Of a stretch of 64,000 nt of DNA, positions 14,550 to 29,689 are shown in pieces (the first letter of the stretch is position 1; each line of letters begins with the position of its first letter). The position numbers were made by a program, and so were the translations under genes. Location of the stretch: the NCBI GenBank assembly GCA_043228905.1, contig JBHGNT010000007.1:1488001-1552000 (forward strand), read 5' to 3'. This stretch comes from Azolla caroliniana. Its lineage: Eukaryota; Plantae; Polypodiophyta. The notes beneath the pieces are model-generated. The model was not told the DNA's origin and did not search any database. It worked only from the letters and a program-made list of their open reading frames with translations.

Positions 14550-17500
14550 ATCTTTAGAGCACTACATACACAGGTGACAGCTGATGCTGTATATGTGTTA
14601 ATAAAAGAGCACTATGGCCAATTTCACATAAACAAACAATTATATAAGAACACATTTTGGTTTACCAAGTTTGTTTTAAGGTGGATCATGAGTATAAAGG
14701 AGATGCACAGATAACTTTCAGATATAATCTCATAACCTCATTGTTAACCAGAATGTTGAAATAAGACTTAGCCTCTGTTGTTCCTTCATACTCTTCTTAT
14801 TGATTCATTAACCCACAGATCGTGTCCACAAGTTGTAAACATTTAACTATTTATCTTTATATATTTTTATCTTTTAATTCAACACTGGAACCCCTTTAGT
14901 ATCTCTGCCAAATGAAATGTCGTGTGCAAGATGGCTTGGATAGAGCACATATCTGAGAATGGACTTGCAACCAGTATCAAGTCATAAGTTAGAAACTCTA
15001 TGGTTTAAGCCTGTACAAATTCCTTTCAAACCTAATTATGAAATTTTAATTTATTGTATCTCTGTCAAAAGTGGAATTTTGTGTGTGGAGCTGTCTTGGA
15101 TAGAAAGCATATCTGAAGTAGAATGTAACCAGGATCAAATAATAAAATAGGAACTCTACAGTCCGAGATAGCCAAATTTTCTTTTGGACCTAAACATGAA
15201 ATTTTAATTTCGAGTAATAGGGTTGCTAGTATTTTATCTTCTTCAGGTTGTAAATCTGTCTCGGTACTGACTGTAGAAACTGAACTTTTGGTTCTGCAAG
15301 TTGGAGAACGTTCAACAAATAAAATATATATTGACACCTGTTTTAAAGTTATTTCGTACGTATTACAAGCTGAGATGAGCCATTTCCCCTAGCACTGTCA
15401 TGTTTAGCATCTTTCAGACTTGCGACCACTCCAAAAAGTATTCTTTGAGCAATAGATATGGCAGGATTTGAGTAGAATACAAACCCACCAATAAAGAGTA
15501 CTCAAATGTACATATTTTCCATTAAGTGTAATCATACTTCTGCCTAATGTGATAGCCACCCTACCAGCACTACATGTGTGGTCCATATCCAGCAAGTAAG
15601 TGCAGATCAAACCTAAGAATTGGACCCATGAAGTACAGGCCTACAATTTCAAAAAATATGGGACAGCGACCATGCCCCTCCATTCCGTCATCACAGCATG
15701 TACAAGCATATGTGGATATGTCCAGACTCTAGTCCTATATGGTCAATAAAATTCAATTGCATATAAAAATGTGATGGGATATTTGTTCGATATATGTTAC
15801 AGTGAGAAAGAAAAACGAAAGAACACACGTGTTTGTACTATATGTATACACATTTACAAGCACGATATGTACATACATGAACTTACATAAATATATAGTT
15901 TGTACATGCATAAAAAATGTACCATGACAAGGAAATACATGAATATGCCATCATATTACCCTTAGTGAGTGTCCGAAGTAAAACTCGAGCTTAGTGCAAT
16001 TTCATTTGCAAACTTTGAAAACCAGCTTTTAATTATAAACATGAAGGTAAAAGAACATTCAATATTTGACAGCTTATTGAAGAAAAACCTTCAAATTTTT
16101 TATCCTTTTCCCTTGAATGGTTTTAACCTGAGTTATCGATGAAAAGTCTTCTTAACTTTTGGTAGAATTTAGTTGGCTCTGGTGGATGTGCTACCAGCCA
16201 GATGATTTGTTCTGTCACTCTAAGCACAACTTGTTTTTGTTTTCCTTGTTATCAAAAGATTGTATTACATATTTCTCCGTGGGAGTAAAATCTCTGGCCT
16301 CAAAGGTATGATTTTGAAATTTTAAAAGCGTTAGTGATGCATCTCTCTCGTGGATCAAAATGAAACCTAGAGCTTTTCACTATGAATAGTTTCACCGCTG
16401 TTTTCAATCAAGGTTTTTCTGATAGACCAATTTTGACCTCTGACATATCTTTCTTTCTGTCAATGAAATTAATAGAGAACAATAGCAGAATCAGGAACAG
16501 AGAAGATAAAGGAAAGACTGATGTCACCTGGGCGTTTCTGATAGACCGAAGAAGACAACAGTACGAAACGCCACGCTTCTCTTCACTTGTCCTCGATTCT
16601 CTGCACTTCTCTGCAGAAGAAACTCTTGATCTTGATGATGATAATGATGATGATGATAACCCTATATATATCATACAGTATTTCGAAATTGTGGCCTTGC
16701 TTTTACACTTATTTACAATTTTGGCCCATCTCCCAAATATGTCTTTATATCTTATTGATATAACTTATAACTTATAACTTATAACTTGTAACCAATAATA
16801 TGATATATCCATGGAGCCCATTTATGAGTAGGCCTTGTTGTTCACATAAAAGCATTTATAACGAACATGGTGTTCCATTGGCATTTGGGGACATACAGTG
16901 AAACTCAATCGTCGATCCTTACCGATACACCCACAGCTCTAAATGAACCATTATTACCCGCTCGTCTACCTTTTGCCTCTCCGAAAGTCTTGTGAACGCA
17001 CGAGGTCCATCCATCCACCATTGAGTTTCTTGAGGCCTAAAGATCAGCTTGAAAGGCGTAGCATGCCAGTCACTGATCAAGTTTATCATCCAATGCTTCC
17101 CCTAGCTAGTTCCGAGGGACGAATGATGGCTATCTTTGGCAAATGAGGGTTGTTGATTTAAGGATACGCAAAGTTAACGAACCCATGCTTACTCAAAGAA
17201 GAGGGCTTACCATGGGCACTTTGGGGGGCTGAATAAAGGAAAAATCATGTGTATCTTCATGGTGAGAAACACGCTCGCTCATATACACCTCTCTCCCCCC
17301 AACTTTTTGAATATTTACAAAATCTATCCCCGAGTCTCCAATCATTTATATCCATCAAACTTGGTGAAGGTTGAGTTTTACAAGGGTATTCCAATAAACT
17401 TAAAGAAACTAATGAGTATTCTTCCATCAAGTAAGAGAATCTTTTGTGTTATGTCCTTGTTATACTACCATAGGCCCAATATTCACATTATGATATTCAA

Positions 17501-20500
17501 CAATATTTTTACTTGGCGTATTCGACACTTTACGTTTTATGCTAGAAGTTTAAACATTAAAAATACAATGTGTTTGTATATTACATAGATGTGGGAGGAG
17601 AATTTGAGAAATATGTCTCTTGTTACACTATTGACGTTACTTCTCAATCATGGTGTAGGAAAAGCAACCCATACAAAAAGGCATCATAATATTAGTCATG
17701 CAACTTATACATCATAACTTTGGTCATTTATACATGGCATCTATAGGGAACATCATGATTCATATTTATATGTTGTTGAGTTCATGTTGCCTAGGACTTA
17801 ACCTACAACATGTTTTAAGTGATGTCACATGTATGATATTGAAGGCTTAGTTCCCTTCACAATAATGCATTCATACTGCAAAAATACTCGAGATGTTTGA
17901 ATAAAAAAGAACGAGCATATTTGGCTTAAATCATTCAAGTTAAAGATTCACTACAATGCCTTAGTGACATCCTACAATTAAGGTCAAGTGATCAAATTTA
18001 TTGATAGTAAGTGTTCATTCAATATTTCAAATTTGGCTCAACATTCATTATATGAGTTTTTTTACATGGTGCGATCAAGAGTTAAATGTATTTAGAGAGT
18101 AAGCATTCAATTGCCGTTAATAACCATATATTTGGTGTCAATGGCAAGTAATAGTCTTCTGTGTGTGTGCATGTTTTCTCATCGTCTTAGCGAAGTTCAA
18201 ACTGTTATGTTATGCATAAATCGATTCTTAACATGAGTTATTGAGATAATTGTCTTGGTTATTTGTTTTTAAAAAAAAAGACTAATCAAAGTACCCATTT
18301 ATTTATAACAAACAATTGGTTGAATTGAAAAATTACCAAACTATACCATCGAGTCAAATGCAAAACAAACAACATTTTTGTGTTAAATCATGGTTCAACC
18401 ATTTGAACCATAGCATGGAAACATTCTTCATACAATGTACAAGAGAATTTAGACAACCTTGCCAAGTGAACATTGCAACATTATTGCATGGGAGGAATTT
18501 GTATCACTTGTTGAGGAATTCTCAGCAAGAGACAGTGCATAGCAAATTACTACCAATTTGTTGCTTGAGAAAACCTTAAATAGCAAATTAGTACGAAGTT
18601 AAACAATGAATGGCTCACATAGTGTGAATCGGTATCAATAATTGAAATAATTGGTCAAGTCATCTATATTTTCTAAAATTTGAATGATATACATAATTAA
18701 TCAATTATTCATTATTCATAACAAATACCCAAGCCTTACAACAAATGTGTGTACGTCAAAGCAAGGATCAAATATATGTCAAGATTTAGTAGACATTGGA
18801 TGACATACGTGGCCAAAACTAAAGAATAAGAATGGACACGTGAGATGTGCTAGCCCTTTGCCCACAACATAAAACCAAAGGGTTGGAAGCAATTGAAACA
18901 ACCTTTTTTTGTATTATTTCTATTGCCCAACGTTGAAGCTCCCCAAAACACGAAGACATCTATTAGTCAAACGTTTTGTTCTCATTTGCTTCCATCGTGG
19001 TTCAGAATGCGAAAAGACCCTTCTAAATTCACGAGATTATCTTATCGAAAGTTAAACAATATGATATTATTGCAATCAACCTCGTGTTCCATAACCTATG
19101 GTTGTTGATTTCATGCTCGAGCAATATGGTTGAAGTTGTATTCGTTATTACATTCCTCGTATTTTTAGTGAAACATCATGCACAATAACAATCTGCTCCT
19201 TACAATATTTTTTGCAACTTCACTTCCCACGACCAAGGGGCTAGAAACAATTGTCAATGGCATTCCTTTTAAAATCTCCCAAAAGTGATCATGTTATAAA
19301 AGGTGGGGTAAAAATAAAAAAGAAAGACAAAGTTGATGTGATGTCACTATTTGAACTTCGACATGACAAAGTAGTTAGAGTATATTTGAAAGGGCTATGG
19401 TTAATCATAGTCGATATATAACTAAAATGTTGTACTCCAAAACCATTAAAACACGATTGTTAGGATAAAGTCAACAATAGATGGGCAATTTAAGTTTTTG
19501 TAATACAAGTCCAAAAGTTGCCCGAATTGGTTTGGTTGCCCCATTCCCATGTGCTCACTTATAATATGTATTTTTGTTGAATCAAGAAATCAAATTTCCT
19601 CATTCCTATATCTAAAGGGCATACACAAAGCCCGATTCTAATGCTACGACGAACGATTTTTGTGAAATCTCCATAGTATATGTTTGTATATATGCATATA
19701 TGCTTGCTTCCCTTCTTTCTTTATCATATATTCGATCATGTATTTGCAACTCCAAGTAAGTGCTTTTATAATGATGATGTTACCTAGGTAATGTATTCAC
19801 AACTCTTGCTCGAAGTAAGTAAAATACGGAGAATATATGCTTTTACCCTTCAAGAAGTAATCCCAAGTTTAAGTAAGAACTTGCTTGTGATGAGATAATC
19901 ACAACAATGATCCTCGAAGATGCAAGACATGTTGGCCTTTTTGTGGCAAGGTTGAAGGGAAAAATATGTTACTCTGTGTAGATTGTGACGATGGATGATA
20001 GTCCAAATTGTAAGAACATGAACAAAATTCGATTTGCAACTCTAAAGAAGAACATAATCATGATTCAATCAAATAATCAGAAGCATAACTAAGCGACTTT
20101 ACATCAATACCTTAAGCCTTGTACAAGCAATGCTTACACATGCAAGTGAGTGTAGAGTGAAAGTGACTCAAAAGGTGAGGTGCCATAACCAATAAGAACA
20201 TGCCCTCATACGATAACCATGAAGTGACAAGCAAAACGCCAAGTATGAACACGATCCAAACTTGATGGAATAACCACAATTGTAAGTACATTGATGCATG
20301 TAGGTACATTTACCTCAAGGAAAGCATTCTTGAGGCGAAGGGCGAGATGACGATCCACGTGGGTCCATCATCTCATCGATGATGGACGACTAATTGCAAC
20401 TCGAAAAGCAAGAAACACAATGGGAAGTTCGATGAGATGGCCGCGACTTTTGGGCAAAAGCAAGGAATCATGACAGAAGTCCTTGTGATGAGAGTGCAAA

Positions 20501-21153
20501 CCCTCGTGTTTAGTTGCCACAGCTAAGTTTAGAACACGTAGACAGGAGGCAACCGGCGACAAAGGCCGAATTCGAACGAGATGATCTTAGTGAACGAGTG
20601 TGGAAGCAGAAGATGGAGAAGAAGCGATTGTAGACTGCGATGTCTGCTTGCTTGCTGCGAAAGGCGGCCTTTCGGCGAGGCCTCTTCAGGGAATGAATGG
20701 GTAAAAAAGCAGAGAAAGCATATGATATAGTGTGTGTGTGTGTGTGGGCCATGTCATGGTGATGGATGGATGGATGGATGGATGGATGGATGGATGGGAC
20801 ATGGTGATTATTGTATGTATATGATGACTCAACCCTTCTTTTTGCATGTTGATGACACCATCAGTGCCATGTGTCTGATAATAACAACATCATGCCATGT
20901 GTCATCCTCTCTCTAAAAACATTTCTCTCTCTCTCTCTCTCTCTCTAAGGGTCCCTCCATCTTGCTCTGTTCCTATTTTCCTTTCCCTTTGGGACTGTTG
21001 GGGCTCTAGTTTTTCTCTGTGTTTGTCGTAACCATGACAGATCTTCTACACATAACCTAAAAAGCAGCTCCCCTGTTTCCATTGCTTTTGCCCCCCCCCC
21101 CCACCCCCCTCTCTTCCCCATCTATCTCTTCAAGAATCTGGTGTTGCTTGGCT

Positions 21154-24100
21154 ATGGGATTCTTCAGTACCATTCTAGGTCTCACTGGATTCGGTTTTGG
21201 CATTCTCTTTGGTCTCGTTGCTGGCTACTTCATCTTCATCTATTGGCAACCTACTGATGTCAAGGTAAGAGCTGTCTTCTTCTCCTTCTTCTCCTTCTTA
21301 GTCTGGTTTATCTATATCTATGTGTATCCATCTCACATGATCACACAATTCAAAGATGTGGCCCCTGTTTGGATCCATTAAAGATGGAGTTTCATTCGCG
21401 AATTTGCCCTTCTCCTCTGCTCTTTGAAGCTCTTTATTTGCTCTTTGTTGAATCTTTTTTATCATCAGATGGACTCCATGTGTATGTCATCCACATGCAT
21501 TCATGTTAAACTTTCTTTGTTTGCCCCTTTTTTCAATCTTTTTATCATCAGATGGACTCCTTGTTATGTCATACTCAAAAATTCATGTTAAACTTCACAT
21601 TCCATTGTTTTCTATGGGCTGTTTGATTCTATATGCAGAGGCACATGTGTTTTTTCGTTTAAATTTTGCCATGCTTCTTCGTGTCACTTCATTTCCAGTA
21701 ATTTCTATTGATTTTCCTGTAAGGACGTGTTTTCAATCTTTGGACATTGCCTGTTTCTCATCATTTTCGGCAAGCTATGGGATAGATATGTATATGTTTT
21801 TTCTGTGAAACTCCCCATGTTCCGTATCATTTTTATTTCTATTGTTTTGTACTGGCTTTGGCGCAAGGATGATCTATTTTTATTTATTTATTTTATTTGA
21901 CCTATTCCTCTGGTTTTTAACTTTTGAATTTCAATTGCCATTGTTTTTGCATGTACACACAAAGATTGTCCTTTTTCTATGGATTTTGATCTGTTTCACT
22001 GGTTTTGGCCTTCATAACTTCGCCCTTGTTTATTCATTAGATTCATTCGATATCCCTTCCATATGACATTGTTTTTGTTGAGTGTGGCATCTATCGACAA
22101 CAATGCGATTTCATTTGGTTTTCTTCACTTCTTTTGATTTTTAGTTATCCTCAGATGCACCCTTATGTCTCTTCCATAATAACCATACTTATCTCTTCAT
22201 GTTCCATTGTTTTATTGGCTTTCTCATGTTTACACTAATATGTTTTCCTTTGGATTTTGCCATGCTTCTCTTAGAATTTATCCTTTCTGTTTTCATTCTA
22301 CGTGCTTCCATAACTCGCCCAATTCCAGGAATGTAAACCAATATGTTAGAATTTTGCCTGTTTCTCTGTCATGACCTTCTAATTACAGTAAATTTCATAT
22401 CGTTTCCACTGTTTCATTAGTGTTGTTGTTCTGTTTTTATTTTGGATCTGCTCTGGTCTTTGTTTTCCTTAGAATGTTTTCCTTCTTTACATTTTCATAA
22501 GCCCCATTTCACAGGCTGCATGTTTTTAGTGCTGTGTATTTTAGTACAATCCATTTTTTAAACAAATGGAGGGATATTCCTTGTCTTTTTCTAATATACT
22601 ATTATTATGGAAAAGGGGGTGAAAGATGATGGACATATTGACATAATCATTTGGGTCATACTATTGCCATTTCAATACTTTACGAAAAGAGAGACAGATG
22701 ACAGGACAATGTGAATACATCGATGCAGATTTAAATTTTGAGTTAAATTAACACTATTTGAATACTTCAGAAAAGAGAGGGATAAAAGACTATTGGATAA
22801 GGTGAACCTAATGATGTAAATTTAAATTTTTGAGTACGAATTAACATGATTTCACTTGCGGGGGTTGTGTTCTGGTGTTAATCTGTGCTAGGTTCCAACA
22901 ATTAGATCTTTGGATGCGTTAGATTCAAAGACTATTCAAAGCCTTCTCCCAGAAATACCGCTCTGGGTGAAAAATCCAGACTTTGATAAGGTAAGAAATG
23001 TAATGAATAATTTGTTTTTCTCTATAAATTTATATAAAATATTTCCATTCTAATCGATACTAAATGCTTGTGCTTTTGGTGAAGGTTGACTGGTTAAACA
23101 AGTTTCTAAAAGAATTATGGCCATATCTTGATAAGGTAATCTACAGAATGAAGGAGAATATTGTTTGATTTTGGAACAAGTTACCTATACCATTGTGGAT
23201 TTGGAAAACCACCCAAGTTTTATGGATTTTTTTACTAGAATATCCCTCTGTAGTACAAAATCCACTATTACATGGGGTATTCTGGTGAGTTTTGGAAACT
23301 TTGGGGCATTATTCTAAAAATCCAAGATATCTAGGAGTGTTTTTGGGTGTTTTGCCTGCTCTTTTATCATAAGTTATTTGATTTATCATTGTGGAGTTCG
23401 ATATTTTGTATAGGCTATTTGCAAGATAATCAAGGAGACAACAAAGCCATTGATTGATGAGTACAGTGCAAAGTATAAACTTGATTCGGTGGAGTTCAAA
23501 TGCTTGACGTTAGGAACTTTGCCACCCACTTTCCATGGTGAGAAAGTTTTGATTCTACTTTTTTCTTCTGAAGCTAGTGAAAACATTAGTATTAGGCTCA
23601 TGATTTCTCTAATGTATCTCATAGAGAGTGTAATTGGTCTACATTCTAAAGGTACTAGTACTACTATTTATGAACAAGATCACAATATGCTGGTGTGTAA
23701 AAGAGAATCAGGATACCATGTGTGTCAAATAATTGTGCAACAGCATGGAAGTATCTTTTTATATAGCCAATGTGAAGTTCTACTATCTTAAAAAAAGAGA
23801 ATGAAGAGGAGAAAAAGAGAACTAAACAGAAAAATAGCAGAAAAATAAGAGAAAAAAGTGAAAAGAAAAGAGAAAGAAAAAGAGGATCACATCGTGTTCA
23901 AGTTCTCGTTTCATTTAGTTTCATCTGACAACCTAAATGAATATGAATTTAATGGTTTTCACGCTTTGCAGGGATAAAAGCATTTGATACACAGGAATCT
24001 GAAATTATTATTGAGCCTGTATTAAAGTGGGCAGGAAATCCAAATATTTTGGTTGCAGTTAAAGCTTTTGGTGTTACAGCAACAGTTCAGGTATGATTGT

Positions 24101-25476
24101 TCTGAAGAAAAGGAGAAACAGAGGAAAAAACAGATATATAAATGTATATGCTCTCTTAAACCTTGGTAATCTTTACTTCCAAAAATATTTAATTTATCAA
24201 AGAGAGAAAATTGTCGCAGCTGGTAGACTTACAAGTATTTGCAATTGCTCGAGTTACCCTCAAACCATTAGTTCCAGTCTTTCCATGCTTCTCAAAAATT
24301 ATAGTATCTCTGATGGAGAAGGTTAGCTTGTTGCATTTACTTCTTTGTGTTTTGTCTACAAGTAGGTTCAGTCAATTAGCTTATTTGTTTTTTATATGCA
24401 TTTACTTCTTTGTGTTTTGTCTACAAGTAGGTTCAGTCAATTAGCTTATTTGTTTTTTATATGCATTTTTTCTTACAAGTAGTTTTGATTCAATAATTTC
24501 TTTGTATTTTCAGCCACATATAGATTTTGGATTGAAGCTTGTGGGAGGAGACTTGATGGCAATTCCTGGTCTTTATGGTTATGTCCAGGTTACAATTACT
24601 TTACTATAATTTGCACTTTTATCTTTTCTTAGAACATTAATTGTTTTCATTTGCCACAATTATTCACATATGAAAATGTGATATTTATGTGATTCAAGGA
24701 ACCACCATTTAAACTATAGTAGATTCATTGATTAAAGTAGTAATGATTTTGGCAGTTTCTATTAGTGTAATGATCATACAAATCTTATTATGCATTCCAC
24801 ACACACACTTACTATCAATATTCAACTAGATCTCGCAACAGTTTTTAAGATTTTCACTAAAAACTAATTACATATATTTTCTTGCAGGAACTTATCAAAG
24901 AAGAGGTAGCGAAACTTTACTTGTGGCCAAAATCATTGGAAGTAGTTATTCTAGACGATTCGAAAGGGCAAGTTTACAGTAGATTTTTTGGTGGTTGCTG
25001 TAATTTTTTTTTGCAAGCATTTGCATTAGTGATTTTCTTGGAGTAAATAAGATTATGAATACTTCTCTTGACGCTACATATTTTATTCGATCATCTTTAT
25101 TTTTAAATTTCTATATATAATAAGTGCTTTTGCAAGGGTATTTTTTATTTTATATCTTTATTCATGAGAGGGGGAACCCCCGTGAGTGCTTTTTGCAAGA
25201 GTGTGTGATGATTGCATATAACATTACAGGGCCATTAAGAAACCAGTAGGAATGCTGAAAGTAACTGTCATCAACTGCCATAACTTGAAGAAGGCAGATA
25301 TCATGGGTAAATCTGATCCGTATGTTAAATTGTCACTGGGTGAAGGAACCCTCTCCAGAAAGACACAAACCAAGATGAGTACTCTGAACCCTGAATGGAA
25401 TGAATCACATACCCTTCTTGTGCAAGATCCAGAAACTCAAGCCCTGGAGATTTTTGTATATGACTGGGAAAAGGTA

Positions 25477-25519
<43 letters not shown>

Positions 25520-27943
25520 TTCATACTAATGATGTTAATGATCTTTCACTAATTAATACACAAGGTCATGGGTTCCGATAATCTTTGTCATCACCTTCTT
25601 CTAAACTACATGCCAAATTCTTGTATTGAACTAATGACCTCATTATCTCCAAACAGTTGATACAGCCATCTCAACCTGGACAAATTGGCTCTCTCTTTCT
25701 TCTTCGTCTTTCATGTTTTAGTTTTATCTTTTGGGGAAATTTACCCAAAATACTAACCCTGTTTTTCACAAAATTCTTGCATGCTTCAAATAAATATTCT
25801 TGTTTTATATGTCATGGATTTGACGGAAAGAAAGTCTGACTGAAAATGAGAGAATTAGTTGCCAGTGTAAAAGTTGCTGATAATGCACGATTCTTCTGTT
25901 TTCTACATTTATTTGTATTGACAGGTGTCAGCTCATGATTTGCTAGGCATGCAAGTGGTTCCATTAGCAGCTCTAACTCCGGATGAACCGACGAACATGA
26001 CTCTGGCGCTCAGGAAGAACATGAATGCGAATGATCCGGCCAATCAGAAAGCTCGTGGTGAGATCTCACTGGAGGTCACCTACAAGCCCTTCAAAGATGA
26101 CGTCATTCCTGAAGGCGATGAAGAAGAGAAAGCACCTGAAGGTACTCCTAAAGGCGGAGGTCTTTTGGTTATCACTGTACATGATGCTGAGGATTTGGAA
26201 GGGAGATATCACAACAACCCTTATGCGCGTGTTCTTTACAAAGGAATAGAGCATAAGACAACGGTACACCTTCACTATATGCATTCAAACCCTAAATTCT
26301 AACTTGTTAATTCTAAAGAAGAAGAAGACTTTTAGTATATACAATAACGTCTTAAACTGATTTAGAAAACATGCCAAAAACCCAACATTAAATTTTATTT
26401 GAAGAATGTCCTGTTTCATGATGTACCTGACTGAACTTAATAAAATTAAGAAAGCATGCAAAAAACGTAGCTCTAATAAAATTAATTTGAAGAGGAAGAT
26501 GTTAAGTATGTAATTACGTCTCCCCTTGCCATCATTTTTTGGTGTGTTTATATCGACTTCTGTGCCTAACAAAGCTTTAAAAACATGCAGATCATAAATC
26601 ATAGCTAGTTAAACCAAAGCAGAAGATCAAGTATATAATTTACGTTGTCCATTTTGTGATCAGAGGATACATTGATATTGAAAGTTCAAACCCTAACCAT
26701 ACTTTATTATTTCCAAGATGATTTAAGTATATGATTACTTTTCCCTTTTCTCTATATTATCAAGGGATACCGCGAGATTTATCGGAACCTATTAAGGGTA
26801 ACTTTCCATGGATCACCAAATATGGAGAGTAATATATAGTTACTTTCCTTTTTTTATGATCAAGCAATACCTTGATATTTTCCATGGATCAGCCATCCAT
26901 TGTGAAATGAGTTTTTTTGACAAATTTCCACTTTTAATTGTAGTCTAGAGGATTCTTTATTTGGCAGCTTCTGTTGATATTTTTTTTGTCGGTATTGTGA
27001 TTTTCAAAAAGAAAACATACATGGGTGATTTTTACATCTCGTTCAAACAAAGAGCACGTTTGAAAATATCCCCTTTTTTTTAGTACAATTAATACTGGAA
27101 TACCCCTAAATATGTTGGGCATTCATGCACTGGAATTCAAAAACATTACCAGAGTTTGGGGAGCTTGTAAAAATGTTTGGAACTACGTATAGGGTTATTC
27201 TAGTAGAATACCCAATAAGTTGGTGGCGTTTTTTTTAAACAAATCTTGGAACTACATATAGGTGTATGTATATTGGTAATGTTTTGGAAGCTTAAGAGGT
27301 ATTCTGGTAGAAACGCAACAAGTTAGGGGAATGTTTGGAAGTTCACTTTTTTGTTGAATATTAACTTCTAGTTTTATTATTATGTAGCTAATATATATTG
27401 GATTTCTGTTTTTGTGTTTTAAATCTCCAGCATATAAAGAAGAACCGAGACCCAAGATGGACAGATGGAAGATTTGAATTTGTGTGTGATCAGCCTCCAG
27501 ATAAAAATGACAAGGTCAGAGTGGAAGTGTGGAGCAAAGGTTCACATCTAAGTATGCATTCTAAGGTAATGTTAAAAAATGGATGCCTTTACATTCTTAT
27601 TGTCAATAGTCTATTCAAAATTCTTTTTGATGATAATGATTTCTTCGTGGGGCTGGAAATCACTCTTTGTCAACTTAGGGGTATTCTTGTAGATATCAAA
27701 CAAGTTAGGGGCATTGGGTATTTATGGTAATTGTGTTTTGTTCTCTCTTTTGCCTTTGTTGTATTGGAATTTAACACATTTTGCTATGCTATGCTCCCGT
27801 GTTCTATGGTACAGGAACTATTGGGATACATAGAGATAAACCTTGGAGATGTGGTATCGAACCGGCATATAAATCACGAATATCAATTGATCGATTCGAA
27901 GAATGGAAAAGTTCACGTGGAGCTTAATTGGCTAACTAGTTGA
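21154..27943 (+). CDS. SYT: Synaptotagmin (SYT1-3 type: TM-SMP-C2A-C2B), ER-plasma membrane tether
   Basis: 12 exons: 21154-21264, 22892-22990, 23085-23135, 23414-23537, 23972-24090, 24220-24321, 24514-24588, 24888-24967, 25230-25473, 25925-26263, 27431-27565, 27815-27943. N-terminal TM MGFFSTILGLTGFGFG; PEIPLWVKNPDFDKVDWLNKFL; C2 motif ADIMGKSDPYVKL. Intron 8 is GC-AG. Confidence 0.95.
24332..24468. repeat. 65-bp perfect tandem duplication in a synaptotagmin intron
   Basis: The unit tgcatttacttctttgtg...ttttttata starts at 24332 and 24397, with a partial third copy at 24462. Confidence 0.9.
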
Positions 27944-28805
27944 TGCACGTTTGGTTCTCACCAAAGCTTCATAAACGGGAACTATGTTCTAACTATAACT
28001 ATTTATGTGGTAAAAAAATCCATTCATTTGTTTTTTTATCCTGGAATAGCTTCTTTTTGTGTGGTGTTTTTTGTATTAGTACTACTATGATTTGGACAAC
28101 CTCTCCTAATTAGCCTGTAAAGTTTGCATTGGATTCAGATTTGAGCAAAAAGATGCAGTGGGGGGTGCTATATTTTTGAATTGCACAAAAGCTGCATGTT
28201 CATCTCTTGGTAATGACATAATGTGTTTGTTGAGTGTGCTCAATTGAATCATGTAAAAAGCCAGATGTTTCATTTCTTGGCGATGCAGTGTCCCATTAAA
28301 GCACCTAAAAAGTGATGAAAAAATCACCCCAATAAGATTAGATGGCACAGTGAAGCAATTTTTTCTTGGGAAGAAAAGAGAAGAAAAGATTAGATGGCAC
28401 CACCCAAAACTCACTGTTATTGATTGTGTATATGTAACTTCTACATGCCCACAATATACACGTGGCACGTAGCTTCCTTCCTAGAAACATGAAGGGAGCC
28501 CAAGTTCCACTCTTTTAAACGTTCGAGCAAACTTCATGATTCCATACATACTTGTACACACAATGTCACTTCATAAATAATAAGAACAAGAAAGCATTGA
28601 TATTCGTACATTCTTGAAAAACAATAAATAAATATATAAAAATGAAACAAAAACATGATAAGCAAACACATTCAAATCACAATGAATTTAATAAGTAATT
28701 ACTTACTAGATGTTAAAATCAGTCTTAAACCATACAATATGTTTATAAATCTTAAGCATATACATATGTATGCATGAATGTCAGTCTTTCCATCGTAATT
28801 ACCTA

Positions 28806-28990
28806 CCTTAGTGGTACGTCATTAGATGATTGGGCCTAGGTATTTAGGTTCGAGACCCAAATTTCTTGCCTCTCTATTACTCTACACATATACTCTTAAT
28901 TCACTAGATGCCACTGTTGAATGTAGGAGTCGAACCCATGACCTATCTCCATTGGGCAACCTGCAAGCGCAAGTGGTTTAGATTGTAGAT
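28806..28990. mobile_element. Degenerate tRNA-derived SINE-like remnants on both strands
   Basis: On +, an A-box-like cttagtgg and a B-box ggttcgagac near 28847. On -, a B-box GGTTCGACTC near 28927-28936. No complete cloverleaf. Confidence 0.4.
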
Positions 28991-29509
28991 TCCATTGATC
29001 TATTACAACCATGTTGATATAGTCTTTCTTGGTTTCACTAGCCATAATTTGATTTCACAAGACTTTTGGCTAACATTTACAAAAGATAAAGGGATTATTA
29101 ATATCATATAAATATGCTATCCCCAGTTTGAGTGCCCAATTGTGATAACCCTATTCACATTAACATGCCAATTTGCATAAACATATTGTGATATTTAAGG
29201 ACATATCAATTGATTCTCTACCTCATTAGAGCTGATAATAACAATATATGGTACATTTCACAATGATCTCAGGTGTTATTTAAACACATATAGGAAAATA
29301 AAGTTGTACGATCCAATGATGTGCAATTGTTCTCCTTGTTTTAGTGCACAACAAAGATATGTGGTGGAGTTCCACTGGTGAGTCACATGACATTAAATAT
29401 GTAAATTTTAGGATATTTTATAAGCACTTCAAGCCAATAATGCAATATTGATCCAATTCAAGTGTTTCAAAACTATGTGCAATGCCATCACACAGATCTA
29501 TGTTACTGC

Positions 29510-29689
29510 CATCACATAGATCCATTCTTGTGAAAAATATAAGTTAGATAACTTTAAAAACACATCCAAACACCAATAAAGAACAACGCCAATTTGTGCA
29601 TCACATAGATCCATTCTTGTGAAAAATATAAGTTAGATAACTTTAAAAACACATCTAAACACCAATAAAGAACAACGCCAGTTTGTGCA
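29510..29689. repeat. 89-bp tandem duplication upstream of the multicopper oxidase
   Basis: catcacatagatccattcttgtg... occurs at 29510 and 29599 with about 2 mismatches. Confidence 0.9.

Noticed and set aside
16900-20700. Possible decayed LINE or DNA-transposon coding remnants between LCAT and synaptotagmin
   Set aside because: Composition looks coding-like in places, but I could not recover a diagnostic motif, terminus or TSD by eye. It needs BLASTX or RepeatMasker.
28806-28990. Possible intact tRNA genes (also 36475-36550)
   Set aside because: A/B boxes are present but the acceptor and anticodon stems cannot be formed. Treated as tRNA-derived relics.
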